The notes under the pieces: generated by a model
What the model was told of the DNA's origin: nothing
Database searches by the model: none
The model's input: only the letters and a program-made list of their open reading frames with translations
Made by a program: the position numbers and the translations under genes
IMG/VR virus record: IMGVR_UViG_3300025701_000006
Span: 1 to 64,000 of that record
DNA length: 64,000 nt
Origin: a virus
Direction: 5' to 3' (one strand)
Shown: positions 53,601 through 62,537 of the stretch, piece after piece
How positions within the stretch are numbered: the first letter of the stretch is position 1
How the letters are laid out: every line of letters begins with the position of its first letter

Positions 53601-56437
53601 TCTTCATTTGCAGGAGGATCGGTAGGAACGCCGACAGATCTGATAAACAGGAAATCAGTAGTTCCACCTGATAGCCCACTAGCACCAGAAAAAGCTACTT
53701 CAATCTTTTTAATAGAACCGCCATCATCAGATGTAGACCATATTTTTATTGAATTATCACCAGCAATTAAGTTATCAAAACTAAACTCATACCACTCTTC
53801 CGTGTTGTCTGCTAGTGATCTAGAGAAGGGTATAGCACTACCATCGTTTAGAGATAGTCTTACTCCGCCTTCTGCGTCATAGGCCAACACACGTATGATA
53901 GCATTACCGGCAAAAGAAGATGTAAACGTATGCTCATCTGCACTAGCAGAAGTAGTGTTTACAGGCCATGTATCAGTTCCTTCAAATTCGTACAATAAAG
54001 GAGATGTACCTTGTGCAGCAAGTAATTGCCATTTAGTGTCGTCACTGCCTGGAGTTACGCCTGTAACAGTCACACGAGCTACGTAACTAGAGTTATTAAA
54101 AGTTACTATATCGCCTTCAACATACTCTACTAACGCTGCATAAGAGCCTCTAGGCCTGTTTCTAGTAGCTTCTGTATGCTCTAGTCCTAAACTTATACCT
54201 GTGGCTGTTACTTGGAACACTGCTTCTATTTCTGGATAGCTAGGGCTTTTTAATACAAACCTTTCTGCGTTTACGTAAAACTCACTATCAAAAGCAGAAT
54301 CTTCAGATTCTCCTGTAGGAGGATTGGTCTCGTTTTGTGCAACACCAACAGTGTTCATACCAAAGCCAGACTTGTAGTACGCCCCATTAAGGTATATCAC
54401 ACTTTCATATTCAAACTTGTTTGTAACACCTGTAACAGCAGTATCTGTATAAGCTTCACTATCAATACGTAAGTCTACAAGTCCTTGAGCTACGCCATTA
54501 GGCCCTCTTACCGCAGTGTCTAGATCTAGGAAATAACTACTTTGCGATATAATACCGGTAGGGCCTGTGCGTTCCCATGCAGTACCATTGTAGGAGTAAT
54601 TAGAAATGTCTCCATCAGTAGGGTCGAATACAGTTACTATATCGCCTTCTGCTGCATATGCATTTCCTGTGCCGGCAGCAGTAGGTACTGCAGTCCATTC
54701 TGTTGATGGTTTATAATATAAAATACCGTCTGTTTTATACCAATATAAAAAGTTATCTGCAGATACAGTAACTTGATCTTCTACAGGATCTGAAGGGTTT
54801 CTTACGTAATCTGCAGGAGCAGCAGTACCACCCCAGGCATAAAATTGTGATACTTTACCGTCTGCAGCGCCTTGGGCTGTTGCAGCATCTTGTAACGCTT
54901 GATACATAGACGTATCTGTCACAGTTAGCCAGGCAGGAGTGCTTGCTTGATACCAGTAAGCATTAGTAGTATCTTTAAAGTAAACTATATTACCGTTCGC
55001 AGCGTCTTTTAGTTCTGGAGTACTCCAAGTATTATCTATTATGTCTAAAGCATCAGCCTCATTAATAGCTTCTACTTCGCTAACATCAAGTACATCAGCA
55101 AAAGTATCATAGAAATAGTACTCTATTTTACCGTCTAGCTGTCTATGTATAGCAGCGCTATCAGGGGTATATGTATTATCTATAAAATATTGAGCTTGTT
55201 CGTCCGCAACTGCCCAATCTCCTGCGTTATACGTATTTGCTCTTGCTGTAGTAGCTACTTTAACTACACTAGGGGATGTACTGTTATCTACCCAAAGGTC
55301 ACCTTCGTCATAAGGAGCAAAAGGAATAGCTACAAATACTCTTCTTTTTTGGTCTGCTAAGTCTGCCGCATTAAGTGCTGCTACGTAAGCAGATTGTGAA
55401 TCCGTGTCTGTTACTAGCGCCCAAGTATACCCTTGCGGGTCTGTAGCAAAAGGAGAAGTTGTATCTTGAGCAGTTTTTATAAACTTGTAGGATTTTACGT
55501 AATTACCGGTGCTTGCATCGTATTGGATATACACGTCACCTACGTGAGCAGAGCGTTCTGCTTCATCATTATTAGTAGTATCTGTAGCTATCCAAGTAGC
55601 GTAAGGCTCCGCTGCAACATCTAGCTCATCGTCATCTAGGTTGGAATCCCCAGGGCTTACACCTGTCATTACATCGTACGTACCTGTAGTGTACTCTATA
55701 ACCCCATCATTTTGGTTTTCTAGTACTTGGACACGCGCTAGCATCCCTGTACCGTTAGGATCGTTAAAGGCTGTCAAACCTACATAGGTACGTAATCCAT
55801 CTATTGCATCTGATGTACCCGCTAACTCGCCGTCTTGACTAACTACTTTACCGGTAAGAACATCGATACGTTGTCCTAAAGCAGTATCAGCAGAAGTATA
55901 ACCAGATGTTATATTGGTAAAACGGCTTTCGTTATTGTCAAATTCTGCTCTAAGATCGCTTACCCTAGCAGTAACAGCTTCACTTGCGGTAGCCCTTACG
56001 GTGTCTATATCTACAATACTACTAGACACAGCCCCAACAGTGGCGTTAAGACTTTGAAACGTACTGCCTACAACACCTTCTACAGAAGTTGAAAAATCGA
56101 CTTTTTTTACAAAAGTATTTTTTGCTATATCAATAGAATCTACAGCACTTCTAACATCCCCCACCAGCTCTGTGTAATTCTCAAATCGTTCTCTTGTACT
56201 ATTTTCTACTACGGTATCAATTATAGAAACAAGCCACTGTGGAGCTTCATCGGCCCCGATAGAAGCATACAGACCATCTCCTACTATAGAGTATTCTTTT
56301 TTAATACCTGTAATAGTAGGGCTGTCTTCGATTTCTACACAATGCGTATTGGTACCAACTAGGTCTTTAGTAACGCTAGGGGTTATCTCTGTAGTGTCTG
56401 GAGTTACTTCTATAGTGGTAGTAGTTTTAATCGACAT
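50684..56437 (-). CDS. large tail fibre/receptor-binding protein with lambda J (DUF1983)-like elements
   Basis: SGFGM...SEFYVNAERF, CBM-like YVEGDIVTFNNSSY...WQL, internal duplications, C-terminal VYNNGQIRVRLGDL; start MSIKTTT preferred. Confidence 0.75.
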   Translation of the reverse strand: MSIKTTTTIEVTPDTTEITPSVTKDLVGTNTHCVEIEDSPTITGIKKEYSIVGDGLYASIGADEAPQWLVSIIDTVVENSTRERFENYTELVGDVRSAVDSIDIAKNTFVKKVDFSTSVEGVVGSTFQSLNATVGAVSSSIVDIDTVRATASEAVTARVSDLRAEFDNNESRFTNITSGYTSADTALGQRIDVLTGKVVSQDGELAGTSDAIDGLRTYVGLTAFNDPNGTGMLARVQVLENQNDGVIEYTTGTYDVMTGVSPGDSNLDDDELDVAAEPYATWIATDTTNNDEAERSAHVGDVYIQYDASTGNYVKSYKFIKTAQDTTSPFATDPQGYTWALVTDTDSQSAYVAALNAADLADQKRRVFVAIPFAPYDEGDLWVDNSTSPSVVKVATTARANTYNAGDWAVADEQAQYFIDNTYTPDSAAIHRQLDGKIEYYFYDTFADVLDVSEVEAINEADALDIIDNTWSTPELKDAANGNIVYFKDTTNAYWYQASTPAWLTVTDTSMYQALQDAATAQGAADGKVSQFYAWGGTAAPADYVRNPSDPVEDQVTVSADNFLYWYKTDGILYYKPSTEWTAVPTAAGTGNAYAAEGDIVTVFDPTDGDISNYSYNGTAWERTGPTGIISQSSYFLDLDTAVRGPNGVAQGLVDLRIDSEAYTDTAVTGVTNKFEYESVIYLNGAYYKSGFGMNTVGVAQNETNPPTGESEDSAFDSEFYVNAERFVLKSPSYPEIEAVFQVTATGISLGLEHTEATRNRPRGSYAALVEYVEGDIVTFNNSSYVARVTVTGVTPGSDDTKWQLLAAQGTSPLLYEFEGTDTWPVNTTSASADEHTFTSSFAGNAIIRVLAYDAEGGVRLSLNDGSAIPFSRSLADNTEEWYEFSFDNLIAGDNSIKIWSTSDDGGSIKKIEVAFSGASGLSGGTTDFLFIRSVGVPTDPPANEDWETNAVDATGEGDLWSIKKVTNAGEVIATYTDKRIIEAPMIRELTIYSDPTTGAVTAPTTSTYNLSTDTLTIDSDDWNKFVPGITTNNHKIYVSTALVTGNNTQTSVDISWSEPAVYAFRQDGIDADVYKYVYKDNLTKPSAPTDDAHTGWVDDIPSTINNTLWQSLGKQTNGTGTYSWAEPVQITAKDGLSALLFEWAGSVSWPTSTGIGGAHTFTFDSAFAGNAFLRVNATDAEGGLQVALNGEVLGSLSGNNNQVRWYEFGADNLVTGTNTIALWSSTGDGGSINEVKVAFVGAKGIQGITGDFTDFLFIRKDDVPQDPGGADGNWYTDVNSVVVPEGGGKLWSIKKKTTNNGSTVEYSDKRVIEADIVREVVLYSAAVDSAPAVPTTEVTYNFSTNTITENHTSWSTSFPSDVPDNKKVYRITALASGNITETSVSLEDKWSTPSVYAQRIDGTNGSSAYELWVAADNTGTEAEFLASLEASEQHFHIRYSDVADGTGFNDVPGDKVYVGIYVGTSNTAPTNKEDYAWSRARGENGTTPVKGTDYNDGVGSYVSYVFLTHTAAPGVPTGGSYNGTSETMPTTVVSEVTRTWSDDPVVASDSITWVSKRVYTQTLSNGSASTTWTGSDWSTPAKFFEKGSTGTAADNYKEIFLYQTAAAVPTVFPTKLQGFTASSGNAIAFGDWTVSSIAPTTATQKIYRINITMRQVDNDGNWSAIDDNWNGPVAITGIDGNSATSYKEIFLYKNATSTPTVPGVSGSFSTSGNAVSTDGWYVSPQTLASGEFTWRSSLTIKQIDSTGNWTSSDTVWNTPVKLTGDKGTSVTGPRGTATLTHNASDLGDAEPGDAGTIAKIAGYWDTAAPAAYAGEITGDTLILNNTDTAAGWTHIYEYSGTVWAATSTFTVNGNQVINGTLAAEAIGSGSFRSTSLSGTRPVVANDYTGTIMDTKGVSVYNNGQIRVRLGDLSPDT

Positions 56438-56801
56438 AGACTTCTGGCACCTTAGCAATAAAATTACCGTTATTTGCAGTATTACACTCAATAATCAGTC
56501 TGTACGTAGGACGTAAGTAATAACGATCCGTTTTCGCACCTTTATCACTTACTAAGGCAAGAGTAGAACTTTCTGGAATATCTAAAGTAACCTTACCAGA
56601 AAGTAGGTTACTAGGTAGTGTTAATGGGACAGCAGAAAGACCTGTAGTAGTATCTTCAGGGTCTAGAGGAACTAGGTCAGCAACAAACGTATCTGTTCCT
56701 GTAATTTCCATAGGAAGAGTAGAGCCGTCAGCTTTAATGGTGAAAAGGAAGGTATTATCTACCCCTTTAGTGATAGTAAATTTAGCTACTGAGCAGCTCA
56801 T
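56427..56801 (-). CDS. beta-rich structural adaptor protein (BppU N-terminal-like)
   Basis: 124 aa with AAGGA SD, overlapping the fibre gene start. Confidence 0.5.
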   Translation of the reverse strand: MSCSVAKFTITKGVDNTFLFTIKADGSTLPMEITGTDTFVADLVPLDPEDTTTGLSAVPLTLPSNLLSGKVTLDIPESSTLALVSDKGAKTDRYYLRPTYRLIIECNTANNGNFIAKVPEVYVD

Positions 56802-56829
56802 AGTCTAATCCTTCATTATGTATAAATGT

Positions 56830-56851
56830 AAAAGGGCCCGTAGGCCCCTTT
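56830..56851 (-). terminator. hairpin terminator after the gp55-like gene
   Basis: AAAGGGGCC-tacg-GGCCCTTTT on the - strand. Confidence 0.6.
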
Positions 56852-56852
56852 A

Positions 56853-57347
56853 TTAAACGTTTTCGTATGAAATCGAATAACGGGGACGCATCTTAACCAT
56901 AGACAGTCCTGATTTGTTATCACGTACATGCAGCGGAATTTTTACTTCTGCCAGTGTACGGATATGACCCATAGATACTTCAATCTTTTCGTTTAAAGGT
57001 AAAATTCTAGTACCTAGGTCGAAATAAGAGTTTGAGCAGTTAACTACGCAAGTCGTAGTCTGGTTATTAACTCGTTGATCATTATCAATAATAGTAACAA
57101 TCTTAGTTTCTCGTGCAGCTTTTTCACGAGCAATACGCTTAGCTACTTTTGGATCTTGTGCATTGTCAGCCTTTTTAGGTGCTGCTTTTTCTTTTTCTGC
57201 AACTACTGCTTCTAAAGCAGGTCCAGAAGTTTCTCCAGCTTCGTAAAAAGCTTCAATCTTTTCAGCAAGTTTACTGGCACCAATGTTTTTGTTGTACGTT
57301 AGGCCAAGCTCATCTGCTTCTTGTTTCATTTCTTGTAATGTAGACAT
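56853..57347 (-). CDS. N4 gp55-like protein
   Basis: LQEMKQEADELGLTYNKNIGASKLAEKI N-terminus; directly downstream of the MCP gene. Confidence 0.75.
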   Translation of the reverse strand: MSTLQEMKQEADELGLTYNKNIGASKLAEKIEAFYEAGETSGPALEAVVAEKEKAAPKKADNAQDPKVAKRIAREKAARETKIVTIIDNDQRVNNQTTTCVVNCSNSYFDLGTRILPLNEKIEVSMGHIRTLAEVKIPLHVRDNKSGLSMVKMRPRYSISYENV

Positions 57348-57401
57348 TTTCTAAGTCCTTACTAGGTTATTTAGAGGTTAAAAGGTTATTCTTGCTTGTC
57401 T

Positions 57402-57430
57402 ATTATATAAAATACTGCAAATAATGTAAA
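57402..57430 (-). promoter_or_regulatory. sigma70 promoter for the gp55/tail genes
   Basis: TTTACA-17 nt-TATAAT right after the MCP terminator. Confidence 0.7.
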
Positions 57431-57435
57431 GCTAT

Positions 57436-57463
57436 AAAAAAACCCCGCCGAAGCGAGGTTTTT
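57436..57463 (-). terminator. intrinsic terminator after the MCP gene
   Basis: AAACCTCGC-TTCG-GCGGGGTTTTTTT (UUCG tetraloop). Confidence 0.9.
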
Positions 57464-57488
57464 ACTTAGTGTCTTAAAAGACTAGTTA

Positions 57489-58631
57489 TTATGCAGAAGC
57501 AGAAACTAGGATCTTAAGCAACTTCTCTTCTTCAAGGATAATACCTGCGTAGAAGAAGTTGTAAGAGAAGAAACCGTTAGTACCGTACGGGTTAGCATTC
57601 TCTACAGACTCTGGAGACTTAGAGTTAAACTTGATTTTGCCCTGACCTTTAAGACCAACAGTTGCAAAACAACCTTGAGTTGGGAATAAGATAGGGAACA
57701 CATCGAAGTTACTACCAGTAGTAGATAAACCACCAGTGTGACCAGTAGAATCTGCGCCTTGACCTGCATATACAACTGCAGACTCAGACTCGATGAAACG
57801 CACTTCGTGCATTGCACCAACTTCACCTTCAGCTAAAGTAGTAGCAGAACCATACTTGTGTGCTGGGATGTAGACAAACTCAGTTGCACCGTTGTCAGCA
57901 ACAGTACCACGAGTAAGAGTTTCTAAATCGCCTTTAACATTAGCGCCGATAACAGCGTAGAACGCTTTAGCTACTGTGTTAGTATCGATTTTAGTAGAAC
58001 CAGTTACTAGTTGAGTGTTTTTCTGTGCACGGTTGCGAACTAGTTTACGAACAGCCTTACGGATAAGGTCATAAGAAACAGTAGAGTCAGCATCGATCTC
58101 ACCAATTGCAGTTGCATCACCAGCGTACATTACGGTAGGAGTAGCAAGCATGTCTAATTGAAGTAAATCTTCCATACGAGAGTTTGCTAATTCACCTAAC
58201 TCTTCACGGTAGCGTACTTGGATAGCATCTTCAGAGAATAACTCTACTTCATCAGTATAGTCAATCATCTCGCCGTAACGAGCTAAAGAAGTTTCCATTG
58301 TAACTTTCTGTAAAGATTTTTTGTTAACCGCACCAGCGCCTTCAGCTAAAGTAGCAGAAGTTAACGCAGTGTTTACATCGTCGATGTCACGAGCTGATAA
58401 AAAGCCTTTTTCAGCGAACGCGGCATCAGAGATAGCACGGTCATACATGTGTAAGAACTTAGAGATCTTAAAAGTCTTACCCATTTTAGTAGGCATAGAT
58501 TTGCGATCTGCGAATTGACCGTAGACGTTAGTGCGGTTAGCCGCTTTAACACCTGCACGATCATAAAAATGAACGATAGTATTAGCACCCGCTGTGCTAT
58601 TTGTACCGTTACCATAAACATTAGTAGCCAT
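57489..58631 (-). CDS. N4-like major capsid protein (gp56 family)
   Basis: MPTKMGKTFK, LAEGAGAVN, YGEMIDYTDE, KYGSATTLAEGEVG, FDVFPIL, NPYGTNG; GAGGA SD before MATNVY. Confidence 0.92.
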   Translation of the reverse strand: MATNVYGNGTNSTAGANTIVHFYDRAGVKAANRTNVYGQFADRKSMPTKMGKTFKISKFLHMYDRAISDAAFAEKGFLSARDIDDVNTALTSATLAEGAGAVNKKSLQKVTMETSLARYGEMIDYTDEVELFSEDAIQVRYREELGELANSRMEDLLQLDMLATPTVMYAGDATAIGEIDADSTVSYDLIRKAVRKLVRNRAQKNTQLVTGSTKIDTNTVAKAFYAVIGANVKGDLETLTRGTVADNGATEFVYIPAHKYGSATTLAEGEVGAMHEVRFIESESAVVYAGQGADSTGHTGGLSTTGSNFDVFPILFPTQGCFATVGLKGQGKIKFNSKSPESVENANPYGTNGFFSYNFFYAGIILEEEKLLKILVSASA

Positions 58632-58689
58632 TGTAGTTGTCCTCAATATAAGCTATTAAGGGGATTTTACTCCCCAAACAAAAAGATAG

Positions 58690-59901
58690 TTAAATATCGT
58701 TCTGTAGTTTTGTATACCACTCATCAAAGTCAACATCTGACGCATCTAAGTAATCAACTACATCCCGACTTGCTACTGCATTCTTTGTAGGTGCAGCGGC
58801 TTTGCGCTTTGCAGAGGCTTTAGTTGTAGCTGTACGCTGTTGCGACTTAGCTTTTACGTGAGCTAGGCGGGCTTGTTCTGCCTCCCTGGTCTCTAGTTCC
58901 GCTTGTCTTGCAGCTCTACGCTCCGATAAAGCATCTTGCTCTGCGACTTGAGTAAAGTGCTGTTGCGCAGCCTCTTTATAATAATCTAAATCAGATTTTT
59001 TACCGCCATCATAGACTTTTAGCTTTTCTGCTACTGGCTGTAACGTTTGAAACATGCCAGATTTAACGTCTGTGTGTAGTAACCTAATCATCTCAGGGTT
59101 CTGTGTCATGGTTCCCCATGAAGCATCATCCCATTCTTTAGATAGAATATTATGAGTCGTTGCATACTCTTGGTCTCGGCTAATATCGTCAACGATATCT
59201 TTAATTGCCAAGGCACTGTCATCGCGACCATAATCCTTAGCTACATAGGGGTCATTGTCATCTGCATCTAAGTCGAGGGTATCAGTACCTGTTCGCTTTA
59301 ATACTTCTGCAATTGCGCCTTTGTCGCCCTTCAGTACATCAATCATTAGACTCACGTCTTCATGCTTTAAGTCTGCACCTTCTATAGCATCAATAGTCTT
59401 ACGCCAAGGTTTGATGGTTTGCATCTTTTTGGTGTAGTCCATTGCTTGACCAAAGATTTTAGGGAATTGATCTACGATCTCTTCACTAGAAAACTCATAG
59501 TCTTTGCCGTTGGCTTTAAACTTATAGTTTTGTACTGGTTGCTCTTCCTCGTCTTCATCTTCAGCGTCATCAGAACTAAATTCTTCATCTTCATCAGAGT
59601 CCTCGTCAGGAGCCTCGTCATCAGTTTCGGAATCGTCTTCTTCTTCAGCTTCGTCTGTGTCAGATTCGTCGCTAGTATCATGGCCGGAGTCCTCAAGGTC
59701 ATCTTCAGGTTGCTCAGGACCATCGTCAAATTCTTCTTCAGCAGGTTCCTCTTCATAAAGGTCTGCATCTTCATTAAATTCTTCTTCAGGCATTTCTGCC
59801 TCTAAATCTGTATCTGGGGATTCTTGATTTGCTTGCGCTTCTTTAAAAGCTGCTTCAAGCTCATCATCAGACATATCCCATAAATCTGCTTCGCTACTCA
59901 T
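58690..59901 (-). CDS. N4 gp57-like protein (acidic, probable scaffold)
   Basis: MSDDEL, long D/E tract, FKANGK...MDYTKKMQTIKP, KRKAAAPTK. Confidence 0.8.
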   Translation of the reverse strand: MSSEADLWDMSDDELEAAFKEAQANQESPDTDLEAEMPEEEFNEDADLYEEEPAEEEFDDGPEQPEDDLEDSGHDTSDESDTDEAEEEDDSETDDEAPDEDSDEDEEFSSDDAEDEDEEEQPVQNYKFKANGKDYEFSSEEIVDQFPKIFGQAMDYTKKMQTIKPWRKTIDAIEGADLKHEDVSLMIDVLKGDKGAIAEVLKRTGTDTLDLDADDNDPYVAKDYGRDDSALAIKDIVDDISRDQEYATTHNILSKEWDDASWGTMTQNPEMIRLLHTDVKSGMFQTLQPVAEKLKVYDGGKKSDLDYYKEAAQQHFTQVAEQDALSERRAARQAELETREAEQARLAHVKAKSQQRTATTKASAKRKAAAPTKNAVASRDVVDYLDASDVDFDEWYTKLQNDI

Positions 59902-59916
59902 GGTCTACCCCTCCAG

Positions 59917-60216
59917 TTATTCGACGTCGTCGTCTTCATCTGTAGGCATAGTACCTAAATTTTCAATAGTGACAAAAAAGTCTTCTAAGCTAGATATGGC
60001 GATTAGGTCTTCCATAACAGCAGTTCTGTGGCCACCTGCAACAATTGCATCTTGTGCCAATAAACTAACGCCGTTAACAGCCTTATCTTTAAAGTAACCT
60101 TCTAGAACTACTCGCTGAAAATCTTTATTTTCTTTTAAGCGTTCTAAAGAACTCCACATATCCGCCCAATAACGGTTTTCTACTTCTAAAAGTTGCTGAT
60201 CATTAAGGTTGTTCAT
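59917..60216 (-). CDS. N4 gp58-like protein
   Basis: LERLKENKDFQRVVLEGYFKD; synteny. Confidence 0.75.
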   Translation of the reverse strand: MNNLNDQQLLEVENRYWADMWSSLERLKENKDFQRVVLEGYFKDKAVNGVSLLAQDAIVAGGHRTAVMEDLIAISSLEDFFVTIENLGTMPTDEDDDVE

Positions 60217-60302
60217 AAATGAATCCTTTTGGTTGTGTTAATATAAAGTAAATTTACTAGTATTAGCGCACTGTAGTGATAGCTAGTACTAACCTATTCG
60301 GT

Positions 60303-60314
60303 ATTATACAACAA
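60303..60314 (-). promoter_or_regulatory. -10 promoter upstream of gp58-gp57-MCP
   Basis: TTGTTGTATAAT in the intergenic gap. Confidence 0.5.
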
Positions 60315-60319
60315 ATCAG

Positions 60320-60493
60320 TTACTTAGCGCAACCCCCGGAACACCCGCATTTCTTTTTCTTTCTTGGGGTACCAGGAGATTTACTAGAACATCCGCAACT
60401 AGAAGCTTTCTTTTTCTTGCCTGCATAATAGTGTTTAGTGTTTTGGCCTTGGCCATCCCCATACACCATTTGCTGTGCTAGTCCTTGTTCCAT
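60320..60493 (-). CDS. small Lys/Cys-rich protein (57 aa, not in ORF track)
   Basis: MEQGLAQQMVYGDGQGQNTKHYYAGKKKKASSCGCSSKSPGTPRKKKKCGCSGGCAK; AAGGA SD. Confidence 0.7.
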   Translation of the reverse strand: MEQGLAQQMVYGDGQGQNTKHYYAGKKKKASSCGCSSKSPGTPRKKKKCGCSGGCAK

Positions 60494-60495
60494 TA

Positions 60496-60927
60496 CTATT
60501 GTCCTTTAAGATATGTAGCTAAACCTGCATCTACTGGTTTACTTGGCTGTGAAGCCCTATCTATTAAAATTCTTTCTAAATTATCGGCTGTATTACGTTC
60601 AGGTGCAGGTATTTTATACACTTCTTCACCTTTTCCCCAAAAAGGGCTTTTACCTTGAGCTATGCGCTCTCTAGCGTGCAGTATAGCTTTTTTTACTATA
60701 GTGTTTGATGGATCATTACCACTTCGTAAATAATCTAATTCTACTCTAGTTAGCGTAGGTACTACTGAAGGTATTTCCACTTCTCCTGAGCCAAGATCTA
60801 CACCCACAGAAAATTCTGTCATGTCTCTATTGGTTCCGTCTAAAGTCTTAAAGGCCCCAAAAAACCCTGTAGACTTAGAAGTACCATTTTTTCTTAAGCT
60901 ATTGTCTTTAGCTTTAGATTGTTCCAT
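60496..60927 (-). CDS. hypothetical protein
   Basis: 143 aa: GFFG...MTEFSVG...EIPSVVPTL...HARERIAQGKSPF. Confidence 0.7.
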   Translation of the reverse strand: MEQSKAKDNSLRKNGTSKSTGFFGAFKTLDGTNRDMTEFSVGVDLGSGEVEIPSVVPTLTRVELDYLRSGNDPSNTIVKKAILHARERIAQGKSPFWGKGEEVYKIPAPERNTADNLERILIDRASQPSKPVDAGLATYLKGQ

Positions 60928-60929
60928 TA

Positions 60930-61058
60930 CTAGTAACCACCGCCACTAGGAGAAGTCTTAGCTACTTCTTTTTTAGCCATAGGTTTCTTATCCTTAGCTA
61001 GGCATCTACCTTTTTGGATACACGCTTTAACAGTTTTACAGCCTTTACATGGAGTCAT
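60930..61058 (-). CDS. small basic 4-Cys protein (42 aa, not in ORF track)
   Basis: MTPCKGCKTVKACIQKGRCLAKDKKPMAKKEVAKTSPSGGGY; AGGA SD. Confidence 0.6.
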   Translation of the reverse strand: MTPCKGCKTVKACIQKGRCLAKDKKPMAKKEVAKTSPSGGGY

Positions 61059-61085
61059 TTTACTTTCCTATATTTAAAGTTATTG

Positions 61086-61814
61086 TTAACGGCCTTTACG
61101 CATTAAAGGGCCATATCTATCTACAGGTTTTTTAGTCTTAGGTACTTCACTAATACTTTCTGCTAATCCCGGCTCACTAGGTAAATCAGTAATTGTGACT
61201 CTTCCTGAAGGGACTCTACTTTTGGTTATATCTTCTGTAGTCGGTTTAGGTGCTTTTGCTTTTTTACTTACATCAGGCCCTTTTACATTTTTATCTGTAT
61301 TTTTATTAACCGCTCTAGAAGCTTTCTTATCATTAGTATCAAACTCTCCTGAAGAAAGCTCTTTTTTACTGATACTTTTATAAGGATTTTTATTGTTTCC
61401 TTTACCGATAGAGATCTTCTGTCCTGCTTTAATATCATTGGAGTTGCTGATACCTGTATTCATTTCCATTATCGTATTAACAGATGTACCAAAACGTTTA
61501 GCAACTTCAGATAATGTATCGCCACTTTTTATGGTATATGGTTTAGTAGAACTAGGTTTTTTAGCTGCAGGCTCTTTTTTCTTTTTCTTAGGCATCATTC
61601 TACGAGGAGTAGAGTTAGGGTTTCTAGCAGCTACTACTCTTTTTTCTTTCTTCTTTTCTTCTTTTTCAGGGGCTGATAGGTTAAGCACAGCACCTATACG
61701 TATTTTATCAGGGTTAGTGATACTAGGGTTCATAGAAAGCAAAGCTTTTAAACTAAGACCTTTTCTTTTAGCAATTTGCGACAATGTGTCGCCTTTTTTG
61801 ATTGTATAACGCAT
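61086..61814 (-). CDS. basic protein with two LysM domains
   Basis: YTIKKGDTLSQIAKR...IRIGAVL and YTIKSGDTLSEVAKR...IKAGQKI. Confidence 0.88.
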   Translation of the reverse strand: MRYTIKKGDTLSQIAKRKGLSLKALLSMNPSITNPDKIRIGAVLNLSAPEKEEKKKEKRVVAARNPNSTPRRMMPKKKKKEPAAKKPSSTKPYTIKSGDTLSEVAKRFGTSVNTIMEMNTGISNSNDIKAGQKISIGKGNNKNPYKSISKKELSSGEFDTNDKKASRAVNKNTDKNVKGPDVSKKAKAPKPTTEDITKSRVPSGRVTITDLPSEPGLAESISEVPKTKKPVDRYGPLMRKGR

Positions 61815-61834
61815 TTTAATACCTTAAATATTAG

Positions 61835-62080
61835 TTAGGATTCTCTAGTTACTTTTGCTTTCTTAGTGTTACTTACAAACTGTTCTTTGCCGCCTTTAGC
61901 ACCAGCTTTTTTCTTTTTAGCTGTAGCAGCTCTTTCAGACTTGCTGAGGCTCTCTGCTTTCTTTCTAGGTAAGCATCTATCAGGGTTCTTCTTGTTTTTA
62001 GATGTACCACAAGCTCCTGCAATGTTTCCACTGGAGTTAATGCGTACCCAATCTTCAGACAACCATGCAGCTAGGCTCAT
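61835..62080 (-). CDS. small basic protein (DUF5872-like)
   Basis: LAAWLSEDWV...CG...RCLP...ERAAT.KKK...QFVSN. Confidence 0.7.
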   Translation of the reverse strand: MSLAAWLSEDWVRINSSGNIAGACGTSKNKKNPDRCLPRKKAESLSKSERAATAKKKKAGAKGGKEQFVSNTKKAKVTRES

Positions 62081-62262
62081 TTTGTTTTCTTCCCTTTACT
62101 GCCTTTGGCGTAGTTTGGATCTTTACAATACTTAGAAGCCGCTAGGTTTGCATACGCACTAGGGTACTTATCAAAAGTACGCTTAGCCCAAGATATACCA
62201 GCAGCACAAATCTTGTTGCTTTTTTCTTTTTTGCCAATAGTTTCTGCTAGACCTTTAGCCAT
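62077..62262 (-). CDS. small basic protein
   Basis: MAKGLAETI...AKRTFDKYPSAYAN; TAATG-coupled start. Confidence 0.7.
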   Translation of the reverse strand: MAKGLAETIGKKEKSNKICAAGISWAKRTFDKYPSAYANLAASKYCKDPNYAKGSKGKKTK

Positions 62263-62528
62263 TACCATTTCGCCTTGTCAGCCCAGTACGCTGCAGACAT
62301 CTTGCCTTTCGCAATATTCTTAGCGTGGCGTGCTTTAAAAGATTTTCTACGTTTACGTGCAGCCTCTGACTCGCCATCTTTTTTAGGTGAGCCACTAACA
62401 CCTTGTTGTCCAAAACGTATAGTTTTTTTCTTGCCGCCTTCACACGCTTTAACTACGTGTGATTTAGTCTTATGGCTAGGTGTACGTTTTGGTGAGTTAC
62501 ACGCTAGTTCTTCAGCTAGTCCAGACAT
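62262..62528 (-). CDS. small basic protein (DUF6321-like)
   Basis: KSHVVKA...IRFGQQG...RRKSFKARH...SAAYWADKAKW. Confidence 0.75.
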   Translation of the reverse strand: MSGLAEELACNSPKRTPSHKTKSHVVKACEGGKKKTIRFGQQGVSGSPKKDGESEAARKRRKSFKARHAKNIAKGKMSAAYWADKAKW

Positions 62529-62537
62529 ACCTACTCC

